64,000 nt of DNA from Nitrospinales bacterium (GTDB lineage: Bacteria > Nitrospinota > Nitrospinia > Nitrospinales > VA-1): the NCBI GenBank assembly GCA_965262115.1, contig OZ253496.1:1835054-1899053 (forward strand), in the 5' to 3' direction. Under the pieces are notes generated by a model. It had not been told where the DNA came from, ran no database searches, and worked only from the letters and a program-made list of their open reading frames with translations. Each line of letters starts with the position of its first letter. Position 1 is the stretch's first letter. The position numbers and the translations under genes were made by a program. Below are positions 49,295 through 58,159 of this stretch, piece after piece.

Positions 49295-50029
49295 TTAACC
49301 GACCGATGATTTTAACTTACCAATATCTTCTTTCGTAAGCGCTCTGTAAATGGCTCTTCGCTCCACCTTTCCCGATAACACGGCGGCCTCAAGATACCAT
49401 TGATCAAAAGCCTCTTTCAAAGTCTTGGGCATATTTTCATCGTCTTCTTCCTGCTTTCTACTTTCATCCCAAAGGTGGCAGGTTTCCTTTAAAGCTTTAT
49501 TCAGCGGAAACGTCGCAAAGGGGGTATCCTGAATTTTTTTCTGCACCTCCTCCATGACTTTTTCATTACCGGCGATAACGGTTCCATTTTTAAATGTTTC
49601 CCAATGTCCATCATAGTTCACACGAAAAAAGTGAGGATGGCCATCACCGTCCAGTTCAGCAAGAAGAAGGCGAATGATATAAGGAGCCCGTTGGATTTCC
49701 TCAAAATTCTGTTTGAGTGCGGGAGCGATGCCAAACTGCAGCAACCTTGCCAATGTCACATCTTGAGCCGAACGGTTGAATCCTTCCAGATGCGCCATAT
49801 CCAAAAGCGTCATGCGCAGCCGTTCCACATCAGCAGGGTGACCCACGCCGCCCAGGGCGATGCGGTCATAGACTTCGAATATTTTTCCCGGCTGGGGAGC
49901 AAACCCCATAATCAGCACCCCTTCATTGAAAGGAACCGACAATACCGGCTGACCCATTTTCAGCTTTTCCTGAACATAACTGTGGCGGGTGGAAACCGCT
50001 TCCATCCAGCGATACGGCTCTTCAAACAT
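49295..50029 (-). CDS. prcA: Proteasome alpha subunit
   Basis: The Ntn-fold layout lacks a Thr1 site. KIFEVYDRIALGGVG and FFRVNYDGHW parallel actinobacterial PrcA (ISELYDRVGFAAAG, LYRITYDGS). Confidence 0.85.
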   Translation of the reverse strand: MFEEPYRWMEAVSTRHSYVQEKLKMGQPVLSVPFNEGVLIMGFAPQPGKIFEVYDRIALGGVGHPADVERLRMTLLDMAHLEGFNRSAQDVTLARLLQFGIAPALKQNFEEIQRAPYIIRLLLAELDGDGHPHFFRVNYDGHWETFKNGTVIAGNEKVMEEVQKKIQDTPFATFPLNKALKETCHLWDESRKQEEDDENMPKTLKEAFDQWYLEAAVLSGKVERRAIYRALTKEDIGKLKSSVG

Positions 50030-50113
50030 TTTTAACTGTCCCCTCTAGTCCCATAGCGAGTTTTCCCTTAAAATGAGGATACTTAAAAACCCCTTCACTC
50101 TTCCTCTGTTGTG

Positions 50114-51574
50114 CTAAACCAGTTGTTTGCTGGAGTTGAGAATCTCTTCAACCTCTTCGGAGCCAATGACTCCGGTCAAATCGAGAATCTCTCCGTTCAT
50201 AAACTCAACTCCGGTCCAATGAATGCTTTTTATTTTCTCCGCTCCTTGAGCCACCGCCTGCCCTCTTATCTGGGCACGGGTTCCTGTTGGAGGCGACTCA
50301 ACAGCCCGGGCGATTTCTTCTTCACTGAGCAGGGAATAAACATCCCCCTCCTGCTGCAATCCCAGATACAATCCGCGATCAGGGTCCAGATTATGGTATT
50401 CCAAATCCAGGCTCTTGAGCAAGGGGTCCTCCCAGCCAATGCCCTCGGACTGCATGAACCCGGTAAATAGTTTTTCCTTGATCGCCCAGTCGATGCGATC
50501 CGAAAGTTTTTCCGGACTGTGCCGAAGTTCATCCAGTGTCTTTTTCCATTCCGCAAGAATCCAGTCCCACTCGCGATCCTTTCCGGCAAAGGCTTTTTCT
50601 ACCGCCTCTAAATACGCTTCCTGAATCTCAAGAGCCGTGATAGTACCACTAGTCTTGCGACGTAAAACTGCAGTTTTGTCGAGAGACACTCTTAACACAT
50701 CGGCCACTGGGTCCGCCAATTCCAAATGGAGAAGTTTCTCCTCACGGGCGATCAGATTGAGAACCAGCGATGTACTCCCCACCTTCAGGGCCGTGGCATA
50801 AGCGGACATATTGGCATCGCCGAGAATTAAATGCAAACGCCGATACCGACTGCTCACCGCATGCGGTTCGTCCCGGGTATTGATGAGGGGACGCTTCGTC
50901 ATGGTCTCGATGCTTAAAACTGTCTCGATAAAGTCGGACCGCTGGGCCAACTGCAACCCCTGAAAATCACTAGCGTTTTCTGATCCCACTTTTCCTGCCC
51001 CGGCATACAACTGGCGCGTCACCAGAAAAGGAGCCAGCCCTTTTACCACATCTTCGAAGGGAGTTTCTCTGGGGATGAGATAGTTATCATGAGTTCCATA
51101 ACTATGGCCGCTGTAATCGGTATTATTTTTGAACACCTGAAGCGGTTTGCCCTCCAGCTCGCGGTTGCGAATGGCCACGCATTCGGCGACAATCCGCTCG
51201 CCCGCCACATCGTGCGCAACCAGAGATAACACCGACCGGCATTCCGGGGTGCTGTATTCTGGATGAGTATGATCATTATAAAACCGGGCACCATTTGTCA
51301 AAACCCGGTCGCACTTCATATCTAAATAAGAATAAGGCCTTTTACGATCTTCGGCGCAAAAGGCATCTTCTTCTTCATCCTGAGCCAAAGACCCCACCCG
51401 AAACCCACGCATATCCAGATGCGAGTTCTCCTGCGAGTAGGCCCATTTGCCAAACACGCTTTTGCGTTCGCAGGCCTTTAAAAGTTTCATGGACTCTTCA
51501 ACCGGGTCGGAATTTTCCATATCTTCCCGGACTATCCCATACTCGGTCTCCATACCCAGGAGAGAAACACTCAT
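50114..51574 (-). CDS. dop: Pup/UBact deamidase-depupylase Dop homolog
   Basis: LLGMETEYGI and VLTNGARFYNDHTHPEYSTPE match the Dop pattern ([21 protein letters not shown], from memory). It sits next to mpa as in actinobacteria, and its start overlaps the mpa stop. Confidence 0.85.
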   Translation of the reverse strand: MSVSLLGMETEYGIVREDMENSDPVEESMKLLKACERKSVFGKWAYSQENSHLDMRGFRVGSLAQDEEEDAFCAEDRKRPYSYLDMKCDRVLTNGARFYNDHTHPEYSTPECRSVLSLVAHDVAGERIVAECVAIRNRELEGKPLQVFKNNTDYSGHSYGTHDNYLIPRETPFEDVVKGLAPFLVTRQLYAGAGKVGSENASDFQGLQLAQRSDFIETVLSIETMTKRPLINTRDEPHAVSSRYRRLHLILGDANMSAYATALKVGSTSLVLNLIAREEKLLHLELADPVADVLRVSLDKTAVLRRKTSGTITALEIQEAYLEAVEKAFAGKDREWDWILAEWKKTLDELRHSPEKLSDRIDWAIKEKLFTGFMQSEGIGWEDPLLKSLDLEYHNLDPDRGLYLGLQQEGDVYSLLSEEEIARAVESPPTGTRAQIRGQAVAQGAEKIKSIHWTGVEFMNGEILDLTGVIGSEEVEEILNSSKQLV

Positions 51575-53187
51575 ATGATAGACCTGCGAATCGTGTTTTC
51601 GGTGGCCCTATCCGATTCTCTGGGCTTTCTCACCCGCACAACATTTTTTGATTCCATATCCAAAAGCTGAAGCCAGTCTTCCATATTGGATTCCGCAGGA
51701 AGCAGGTTGCCTTCCTCAAATTCAGCCTCCAGTGAAACAATAAGATCGTCCACTGTCATACACAGCGTTTCACCCTGAATCGCCCGTTCAATGGATCTCT
51801 CTTTAGCGCGTTTCATGATTCCCTCAATAACCGCACCGGAAATGAAATCGTTCCAGTACAGTTTTTTGGTGCCGCCGCTTCTTAAAGTCAACACCAGCAC
51901 TTCCTGTTCCGAACTGCGGTCAAACAGGCGATCCAGAAATGGTTCGGCCATGGCGTCAAAATCTTCATGTTCACGGGGCAATCCGTCTTTCAGGTAAACA
52001 CGCAGGATAGCTTTAGACTCTTCACGGTTGGGGCGCGACACTTTGATCTTTCTGTCAATTCTGCCGGGCCGGATGACAGCCGGGTCGATCAGGTCGGGCC
52101 GGTTGGTCGCCAGAATCACTACCGTTTCGCGAAGGGATTGGATGCCATCCATCTCCGCGCAAAACATGGGGACCACCGTGTTGCTGATGTTCGATCCGCG
52201 CCACGCCTGCCGGGTTCCCAGAATGGATTCCGCTTCATCTATAAATATGAAAGGAATCTGACCTTTTTCTTTATAGTCCCGGGCTTTCTTAAAAATTTCA
52301 CGGATTTTACGTTCCGATTCCCCCAGCCACATATTGAGGATCTCCGGTCCTTTGACATGAATAAACCGGCCCTGCAGTTCGGAATTTTCCTGCTCGGAAA
52401 GTTTGCGGATCACTTCGGTGAGAATCGCTTTTCCTATGAGAGTTTTTCCGCAACCCGGAGGACCATAAAACAAAAACCCTTTGGGCACCTGATATTCCAT
52501 CTGGCTCAGAATTTCTTTGTGCAGGAGCGGATATTCGAGGACTTTGCGCACCTCTTCTTTTACTTTTTCCTGTCCGCCCACCTGTGACCATTCCACATGT
52601 TCATAATCATCTTCGACCAGAGTGCGGGACTCGCGTTTAGAAAGTTTTCCTAAAATAACCCTTTGGTTACTGTCGAGAAAAATTTCTTCCCCCTCTTTCA
52701 GCCCGGTTTCATCCAGACCCTCTCGGACCAAAACAATCGTCTCGGTATTGCCGGTCGCCGCCTGCACCAGCCATTGCCCACCGGCAAGCTTTCCGGAAAT
52801 TTTTGCTAGTGCCCCCTGAGTGGGAAAAGGTAGTAGGGCAATCACCACAAATCCTTCATTGAGCGCGACCTGATCACCGGTTTTCAATCCCTCATTTTCC
52901 GTAAGTTCCGGGACGACCGCAGCCTGGTATTCCGTGCCTCCGGAAACCAGACGCACCAGACCGTCCTCCCCCTGACCAAGAATCGTGCCGATGCGATGGG
53001 CGGGAGACTTTAACTTTTCAATGGCTTCCTCCAAGGTCTTGATTTTCAACGCATACTGCTGGGCAGACTGCTGGGCCTGAAACATGGCATCCCTGAGATC
53101 AAGAATTTTTTCCTGCAATTGGGGTCGATCCTGGGTTTCATTTAAAACCTGGTCGATCAACTCTACAATATGGGTCGGGTCTCCCAT
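51571..53187 (-). CDS. mpa: Proteasome-associated AAA+ ATPase (ARC/Mpa family)
   Basis: N-terminal coiled coil, OB-like region, Walker A GPPGCGKT, Walker B FIFIDEAE, and the second region of homology. The C-terminus reads ...TIRRSII, with no Tyr-containing HbYX/GQYL tail. Confidence 0.9.
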   Translation of the reverse strand: MGDPTHIVELIDQVLNETQDRPQLQEKILDLRDAMFQAQQSAQQYALKIKTLEEAIEKLKSPAHRIGTILGQGEDGLVRLVSGGTEYQAAVVPELTENEGLKTGDQVALNEGFVVIALLPFPTQGALAKISGKLAGGQWLVQAATGNTETIVLVREGLDETGLKEGEEIFLDSNQRVILGKLSKRESRTLVEDDYEHVEWSQVGGQEKVKEEVRKVLEYPLLHKEILSQMEYQVPKGFLFYGPPGCGKTLIGKAILTEVIRKLSEQENSELQGRFIHVKGPEILNMWLGESERKIREIFKKARDYKEKGQIPFIFIDEAESILGTRQAWRGSNISNTVVPMFCAEMDGIQSLRETVVILATNRPDLIDPAVIRPGRIDRKIKVSRPNREESKAILRVYLKDGLPREHEDFDAMAEPFLDRLFDRSSEQEVLVLTLRSGGTKKLYWNDFISGAVIEGIMKRAKERSIERAIQGETLCMTVDDLIVSLEAEFEEGNLLPAESNMEDWLQLLDMESKNVVRVRKPRESDRATENTIRRSII

Positions 53188-53436
53188 GAATAAGTCCTTT
53201 ATTTTGGTTGTGAACTCAATTGTATGAACAAAAAATTTTATAAATCAAGTCAATTTTCTCAAAGGTTTAGTAGAGAAAACCTTGTCATTATATTAGGATG
53301 GAAGCTTCTATTGATTATTGTCCTGAAAAACTTTCGCTCAAATTTTTCGTATTCCCACAGAGCCCGGCATAATCCCAAGTGGCACCAAGACCACCTTTAA
53401 CACGAAAGTGATTTCTGACAACAAGTTTTTGATTCT

Positions 53437-54747
53437 ATGACCTTTGCGAACAACAAAACCCCTATCGAAAAATGCATCATCAGTTTCAGCCATAACAAAT
53501 ATTCCACCCGTAAAGAAGCCGATGCGGTGAGCCTTGCCAAGGCAGAACGTGAAATTGCCGCTGGGAAAAATGGCATCAGCCATCTTCTTCTAAGAGCTGA
53601 GGATGACGACATTGATCGACTGAAATTTCTTTTTTTGATCCGGGGAATTCCTATCATGTGTTACGCGCTGGGGAACCTAATGAACTCCGGCTTGCGCGAA
53701 ATCGTGGTCGTCGGCTCTGAGGAAGTCAAAAAAGTTATGGACCGCTTCCTCGACATTGTTGGCACCTGCGGAAAAACCATCCGGTTTGTCCGGGAAGATA
53801 CCCAACACCTCAATCTGGTCCACACCATGAATCTGGGCCGGGAGTTGCTCTCTCCTTCACCCGATGAACTGGTTCTGTTCCAACCCGGCGACCTGCCTTT
53901 CCTGTACGATTTGGAAAAAGTATTGTGCTTGCCCGACAACAAAAAATATAACCTGGTGCTCTGGTTGAACTCCCGACAAACGATGTTCCCGGATTTTGCA
54001 AAGAATCCGGACAGTGAATTTGTCAAACGCAATTACCATTACCGCTCTTTCAGCGAAAATGAAGCCAGCCTGCTGGATCTTAAAGAACCTAACTTATATC
54101 CCATTAACTTTGCAATGATGGATTCGGATATCATTGACCGCCTGCACTCTTCCCGCAAGGACGGACAAATAATTCACGCGGGCATCCAAATCGCTTTGCA
54201 AAAACCCTTACGCTTACTCAAAGTTCTGCCTTATGTCATGGACCATCTGTTGACGTTCCGAATAAATGTAAACCGTATCAGACCCGGCGACCGGTATCAT
54301 TTCGGCATGTCCCGAAAAAATTTCCATAAAGGTATCTCCCGCTTGCTCAATACTCCCCTGACCACCACGTTGCACGACGACCCGGCTTTCGTTTCCGATG
54401 TCGATGCATTGGAAGATTGGGAAGATTTTGAGTCTCTCACCCATCATGCGGAAAAAACCCATGGCCAGGAGGGACTGGAGACCATCCACCCGTTTGGACA
54501 ATCCCTGACCCGGTTTCGTGAAAAGGGCATGCCTCAGTTGAAAACAGAGATTCCCATGTATCGGGATTTTCCTTCCTACCTCAACTCTATTTATGAAACG
54601 CTCAAGATGGGTTATGTGCCCTTTGACAGGGACAACCAATACATCTCGCCCAACGCGAACTTGAAAGAAGTGGGGTTCGCATACCACTGGTATAAACAAA
54701 AATGTGCACGTCTGAAACAAACTCATGAGAACCGACAACAGGCCTGA
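53437..54747 (+). CDS. Hypothetical protein with an N-terminal MobA-like nucleotidyltransferase-fold region
   Basis: IRGIPIMCYALGNLMNSGLREIVVVGSEEV...LFQPGDLPFL resembles NTP_transf_3/MobA-like proteins, but the G-rich LAGG..R loop reads LLLRAEDDDIDR. The C-terminal 250 aa are unassigned. Confidence 0.5.
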   Translation: MTFANNKTPIEKCIISFSHNKYSTRKEADAVSLAKAEREIAAGKNGISHLLLRAEDDDIDRLKFLFLIRGIPIMCYALGNLMNSGLREIVVVGSEEVKKVMDRFLDIVGTCGKTIRFVREDTQHLNLVHTMNLGRELLSPSPDELVLFQPGDLPFLYDLEKVLCLPDNKKYNLVLWLNSRQTMFPDFAKNPDSEFVKRNYHYRSFSENEASLLDLKEPNLYPINFAMMDSDIIDRLHSSRKDGQIIHAGIQIALQKPLRLLKVLPYVMDHLLTFRINVNRIRPGDRYHFGMSRKNFHKGISRLLNTPLTTTLHDDPAFVSDVDALEDWEDFESLTHHAEKTHGQEGLETIHPFGQSLTRFREKGMPQLKTEIPMYRDFPSYLNSIYETLKMGYVPFDRDNQYISPNANLKEVGFAYHWYKQKCARLKQTHENRQQA

Positions 54748-54864
54748 CCGGAAAAATCACTGGCGTTATGCCGAGACCCGCTTTCTGCAAACCGAAAATA
54801 ACGCTATAATACAGACTATAATTTTGCAGGGTAAAATTTAAGCACGCGGACAAACGAGCCAAAA

Positions 54865-55821
54865 ATGCCAAAATCGTGGCAGGGCAATAGTTTATTGAAC
54901 CTAACCCGATTATCCGGGTTTATCCTTTTATCGGTGGGCATTCACATAACATCGGTGATCGCCTACATGGTGATCCCCGTCGCGAAAGAAGAAGTAAAGG
55001 GACCTCCCCCTATCCGGATAAAATATATCGAACCGGAGAAACCCCTGGCCGCCAAAGGTGGCCGAATCATCGATACGCCGACGCCACCCAAAAAAATCGA
55101 GAAGCCCAAAAACAAAGATCTGCTGGCAAAATTTGACAGCCGAGCCCATTTCAATATCAAAAAGAAAACTGCAAAAACCTATCAGCGCAAAAAAACCGTG
55201 GTGCCGAAATCGAAAGGGTCGGTGGGCAAAACAGGTGCCGCGCCCGTTCGAGAAAAGAAAGTCGCACGCAAACCGCAAAAACGTGCCGCGATTGAGCCGG
55301 GAAGAAAACTCCTGCCGGAATCAGATATTGGAAAATATAAATCCGTTACCCGGGAAAAACCCAAACCCACGATGTCCTCCGCCAATCCCAAGGCAGGCAC
55401 AGGTAGCGCCTTGGCTCTTCTGGACGGGTTTGACCCCGAACCCTTCGCATCGCTCAGCACAGAGGATCTCGAAAACATCGATGATGACGAACCGGTTTCC
55501 CTCGATACAACAGAAGTCAAATACGCTTCTTATTTCGCTAGGATCAAGCACCAGATTGAACGGGTATGGATTTATCCCACCGAAGCGGCGCAACGCGGCA
55601 TCAGCGGGGATATCACTTTGACATTCAGAATTTCCAAGGACGGCAACCTTCTGGGAGTGCGGCTGTTGGATCAATCAGGCTATGAAATTCTGGATGTGGC
55701 CGCGCTCAAAGCCGTGAAGGAAGCGGCCCCCTTTTATCCCTTCCCGGCAACCATTGACCGGGAGAGGTTATCCATCCAAGCCAATTTCGTTTACACCCCC
55801 CAATTCGAACCTGCCCACTAA
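54865..55821 (+). CDS. tonB: TonB-family energy transducer
   Basis: N-terminal TM, a Pro/Lys-rich spacer and a TonB_C domain (YPTEAAQRGISGDITLTFRISKDGNLLGVRLLDQSGYEILDVAALKAV). The stop TAA lies inside a repeat. Confidence 0.85.
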   Translation: MPKSWQGNSLLNLTRLSGFILLSVGIHITSVIAYMVIPVAKEEVKGPPPIRIKYIEPEKPLAAKGGRIIDTPTPPKKIEKPKNKDLLAKFDSRAHFNIKKKTAKTYQRKKTVVPKSKGSVGKTGAAPVREKKVARKPQKRAAIEPGRKLLPESDIGKYKSVTREKPKPTMSSANPKAGTGSALALLDGFDPEPFASLSTEDLENIDDDEPVSLDTTEVKYASYFARIKHQIERVWIYPTEAAQRGISGDITLTFRISKDGNLLGVRLLDQSGYEILDVAALKAVKEAAPFYPFPATIDRERLSIQANFVYTPQFEPAH

Positions 55822-56073
55822 CCGGGCAACGCCCGGTGGTAACTAGCAATATCTCTTAAGTGCTAGCAACCGTTAACTCGGCTTAAAAAGGGACGCCATC
55901 GAACGGCACTTTAAGCCGAGAAGAAGTTTGTTTTTCAGATAGGGCTATTGCCCATCTCCACCGGGCGGAGTACCTCCGCGGGCAGGTTGCAATGTGTTTA
56001 TCTTGCGGGCAATCGTACTGGCGGCCCAACAAGTTATTGCTCGCTGGCCCCACGCCTAGTGGGGAAGAAATCT
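55819..56073. repeat. Composite palindromic repeat block (MITE-B units) spanning the convergent tonB and dinG stops
   Basis: CCACTAACCGGGCAACGCCCGGTGGTAACTAGCAATA...AACTCGGCTTAAA...TTTAAGCCGAGAAG...GGCGGAGTACCTCCGC...TTATTGCTCGCTGGCCCCACGCCTAGTGGGG. Confidence 0.8.
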
Positions 56074-58031
56074 CGGACTTCGTCTAAGTGAGTTGTTACC
56101 GGACAAGGAGGTAGTGATGCGATGAACTGTTTTCCATACCCACGCCGCCTCATGCGGGAATCAAGAATTGAAACCACACCGGTGTCGGTCTTCTTGCGGA
56201 TCAACCGGCCAAACCCCTGCTTCAATTGAAGGATCGCCCGGGGAATCTGGTAGTGCCTGAACGGGTCGATATGTTGCCGACGCAGTTCTTCAATGCGGGC
56301 TTCTGTCAACGGTTCTTTGGGAACGTCAAAGGGAAGTTTGGTAATGATGACACTTTGCAACGCGTCACCGGGTATGTCCACTCCCTGCCAGAAGGAGTTG
56401 GTTCCGAAAATCACTGAGGGTTCCTGCTTGAACTTTTTGATCATTTGGACGGTGGGCATTTCTCCCTGACGGATGAGCTGGAACTGAAGCTCGTCCAGTC
56501 TTTCATAAACCTGATTGAGAAGCGCATAACTTGTAAACAGGATAAATGTTTTACCGTCGGAAGCCTCTACCAGTTCCCGGCACCGGTTAGCAATACCCTC
56601 TACATAAACTCCTGTTTCATCCCCCGGTTCGGGGAGATCATCGGGAACATAGAGCAGGGCTTGGCGGGGGTAATCGAAAGGTGCCTCCAAAGACAACTCC
56701 TCATCCGGCTGGTAACCAATACGCTCTTTAATAAAATCGAATCCTTTGGCAGTGGTCAATGTCGCCGAGGTCATGACCACCCGGTCAATTTTATCGAATA
56801 CCTGCGCGTGCAGTTCTTCCGCAACATGAATGGGAACCCCGCGCAAGACCACACGGGCAAAACGTTTTCTGGGCGTGATTTCTAACCAGTAAACATACCC
56901 GCGCATATGCTGGTTGAGAATGGCAGATAGAGCGTTATTGAACTCAAAACAACGCTCGGCGGCGGATGAAACATCAACCCGGTCTTCCTCCGAATGCAGA
57001 CCCCCTTCCAAAGATTTCAAGGCCTCCCGCAGGGCTTCGAGCGGAGCATACACACCGTTATCCAACACGGGCGGTTTGTAGAACCGTAAGACCCGGTCGT
57101 TTTTTCCATACTCTTCCAGAAGTTGATTGAAAAAAACATCGGCCGCCTGACGTGCGGACATCACCAACTTGCGAAGATGCGGCACCGAGTCGTGATCGAT
57201 GCGAGTCAACAACCCTCGTTTGGTGCGTGGGTTATGCAACCGGTCGAGAAAATAGATCAAACTGGAATTTGAAATTTCAAGCCCCAGAAACTGGGTGGCC
57301 GCTTCTTCCAGATTCTGAGCCTCGTCAAAAACCACCGCATCGAAAGCCGGTAGCACCGCACCGGCGTTGGCAACGTTGGCAAAAAACAAATGATGGTTGA
57401 CGATTAATAGATGGGCTCCGAACCATTTCTTGCGGGCTTTGAAATAAAAGCAGGACGAATGCGTTTCGCAATTTTTCCCCAGACACAGGTCTTTCTGCCG
57501 CCCCACCTCTTCCCACACCTGGGGAAGCACTTCAAAAGGCAGGTCACTGCGAAACCCGGTCTCCGTCTCTCCGGCCCAGTTGAAAATTCCTTCCCATTGG
57601 TTTTCCTCATCGGGCTGGGTGAACAACCCCGCCTGCGCCGACCGTTTCAACCGCCTGAGCGACAGGTAGTTTTCGTTGCCCATGCACAAGGCATAACGAA
57701 AGGCTATTCCCAATTTGTCGCGCAGCAGGGGGATGTCGTGATTGAGGATCTGATGTTGGAGCGTCTTGGTATAAGTGGAGATAACCACCTTCTTGTTATT
57801 TTCCACAGCCCATAAAATGGCAGGGATGAGGTAAGCCAGACTTTTACCCGTTCCGGTACCCGCCTCGACGATCAGGTGCCGGGCATTGCCGAATGCTTCC
57901 TCCACCGCCTCCGCCATATCCATTTGTTGGCGACGGAATTCGAATCCCTCCAACCGTGAAGACAGAATGCCCTCTTTACCGAGATAGTTTTCTACCCGAT
58001 TTGCTGTCATGACCGTGCATGGTACGGGCAC
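56034..58031 (-). CDS. dinG: DinG/Rad3-family ATP-dependent DNA helicase (Fe-S type)
   Basis: EAGTGTGKSLAYLIPA, DEAQNL, and a Cys cluster (CLGKNCETHSSCFYF). The start is ambiguous (GTG 58031 or ATG 58010). The last 7 codons (RRGASEQ) are repeat-encoded. Confidence 0.88.
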   Translation of the reverse strand: MPVPCTVMTANRVENYLGKEGILSSRLEGFEFRRQQMDMAEAVEEAFGNARHLIVEAGTGTGKSLAYLIPAILWAVENNKKVVISTYTKTLQHQILNHDIPLLRDKLGIAFRYALCMGNENYLSLRRLKRSAQAGLFTQPDEENQWEGIFNWAGETETGFRSDLPFEVLPQVWEEVGRQKDLCLGKNCETHSSCFYFKARKKWFGAHLLIVNHHLFFANVANAGAVLPAFDAVVFDEAQNLEEAATQFLGLEISNSSLIYFLDRLHNPRTKRGLLTRIDHDSVPHLRKLVMSARQAADVFFNQLLEEYGKNDRVLRFYKPPVLDNGVYAPLEALREALKSLEGGLHSEEDRVDVSSAAERCFEFNNALSAILNQHMRGYVYWLEITPRKRFARVVLRGVPIHVAEELHAQVFDKIDRVVMTSATLTTAKGFDFIKERIGYQPDEELSLEAPFDYPRQALLYVPDDLPEPGDETGVYVEGIANRCRELVEASDGKTFILFTSYALLNQVYERLDELQFQLIRQGEMPTVQMIKKFKQEPSVIFGTNSFWQGVDIPGDALQSVIITKLPFDVPKEPLTEARIEELRRQHIDPFRHYQIPRAILQLKQGFGRLIRKKTDTGVVSILDSRMRRRGYGKQFIASLPPCPVTTHLDEVRDFFPTRRGASEQ

Positions 58032-58159
58032 AATTTAAAAAGCGCAAAATTATATTTGCACGCCAGCAATAAAGACGTCGATTATCTCTGGTTCAACGAG
58101 GTTGAATTATGTGGCGGACTTCCTTTATAGTAGATACAGATAACTTAACTGGAGCCAGC

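Noticed and set aside
49087-49338. 83-aa plus-strand ORF in the prcA-prcB gap
   Set aside because: It is antisense to the much better supported minus-strand Pup-like ORF, which has an SD, stop/start coupling to prcB and a Pup-type C-terminus.
26966-56073. Hairpin repeats at ORF 3' ends interpreted as integron attC sites / gene cassettes
   Set aside because: No intI integrase or attI is present. The flanked genes are core genes in both orientations. The repeats lack the GTTRRRY / RYYYAAC core pairs, and the same units also occur between convergent genes and inside IS elements.
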